A DNA stretch of 64,000 bases from Azolla caroliniana (lineage: Eukaryota; Plantae; Polypodiophyta). This document shows positions 63,112 through 64,000 of the stretch, piece by piece. The number at the start of each line of letters is the position of its first letter. Positions within the stretch are counted from its first letter, which is position 1. Both the position numbers and the translations under genes were made by a program. The notes below the pieces were generated by a model, which searched no databases, was not told the DNA's origin, and saw nothing but the letters and a program-made list of their open reading frames with translations. The stretch is from assembly GCA_043228905.1 (NCBI GenBank), contig JBHGNT010000065.1, forward strand, positions 76,911 through 140,910. The letters are read 5' to 3'.

Positions 63112-64000
63112 GCGGGAGGAGCTATTGTTTATACGTGCGTGCGTGCGTGCGTGCGTGCGTGCCCCCCTTTCTTCTTTTTACAGAGTTTAGGCTTTATCTA
63201 AGACATCCCGTCCTGTCGAAACTATGTCATACATAAAGGTGTGTCGTTGGCAGGTTCACTTTTGGTTTACCACTTCGATCGTATCGGCGCTAGAGAGAAG
63301 TCGCTTTCTCGAGAGCCGGCTACCTCATCATCTTGAAACTTCATTCCGCTCCTCTGGCCGCCTTACCCTGTTCTCTGCAAGAACCCCAAGGAGACGGGTT
63401 GTTGATTGCGCTTGCTTGATTGGCACCTCTAGTACGACACATCTTTCAGAATACGAGCGAATGCTCGGATCAGTAGATTCGAGCTCCTTATTCAGGAGTT
63501 GAGAAGTACGCAGGGCGGGCCTGCCGCTCGGCTATGACCTCGTTTCTTGAGCTAGAGGGGAATTTCACGAAATGGGTTGGCAAGAGCAGCAGACAGCAAC
63601 TCGTATCACTCTCGTAATTCAGAGAAGAGAAAATGGGATTCGAACCCTCAACTTTTGCTCTTAGAGATCATTATTCCGGGAACCACTCTCCCAAACTAAA
63701 TAGTTATTTCCCTACGTAGGAAAGTTCCAATGCGGGGTCTGGATCCAGTCGAGGCGCCGAGAGCCGCAGGCGTACCGCGTATTCTATTTACCAGTTTCTC
63801 CGGAAGGTCATGTCTGGGAACTTTGACTTGATAGTGTAGTGTGACGAGGCGAGAATTCTCGCTTTCCAAGAGAGAGTTGGTCAAACCCAACCCTAATTGC
63901 TCGGATAGCAACCAATGCACATTGCTGAGTGATAAGGTGGTTTTCCATGCTTGCTGCGAAGAGGCTTGCTTTCCTGAAAAAGCCGCTGTATACAGTGATT

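Larger units (their letters stand above)
60030..64000 (+). repeat. Second copy of 1..3971
   Basis: Offset 60,029. Confidence 0.97.

Overview
This window is land-plant mitochondrial DNA, most likely from a leptosporangiate fern. The evidence is group II introns at the nad1i258 and atp1i361 positions, a chlamydial-type trnR-UCG, and extreme C-to-U plus reverse U-to-C editing demand. The ORF track misses or fragments the real genes because many Gln/Arg codons are genomic stops and several starts are ACG. Genes read by eye: nad1 (4 exons, 3 cis introns), rps12, rps7, nad9, nad4L, cob, nad3 and atp1 exon 2 only. There are 13 distinct intact tRNA species, plastid-derived remnants (atpB, accD, atpA, rpoC1, trnN, possibly ycf2) and linear-plasmid DNA/RNA polymerase remnants. 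Bases 1..3971 recur at 60030..64000, implying a 60,029-bp circle or a large direct repeat. The unit carries a 12.1-kb inverted repeat and two further overlapping inverted repeats (2.9 kb and 0.7 kb). Top leads: (1) short palindromic/microsatellite modules that have demonstrably inserted into recently acquired plastid genes; (2) atp1 exon 1 and the 5' half of its intron are absent from the unit, a candidate for trans-splicing from another molecule; (3) one C-to-U edit would create both the rps12 stop and the rps7 start; (4) the nad3 start codon comes from a recombination junction. All homology calls are by eye and no searches were run.
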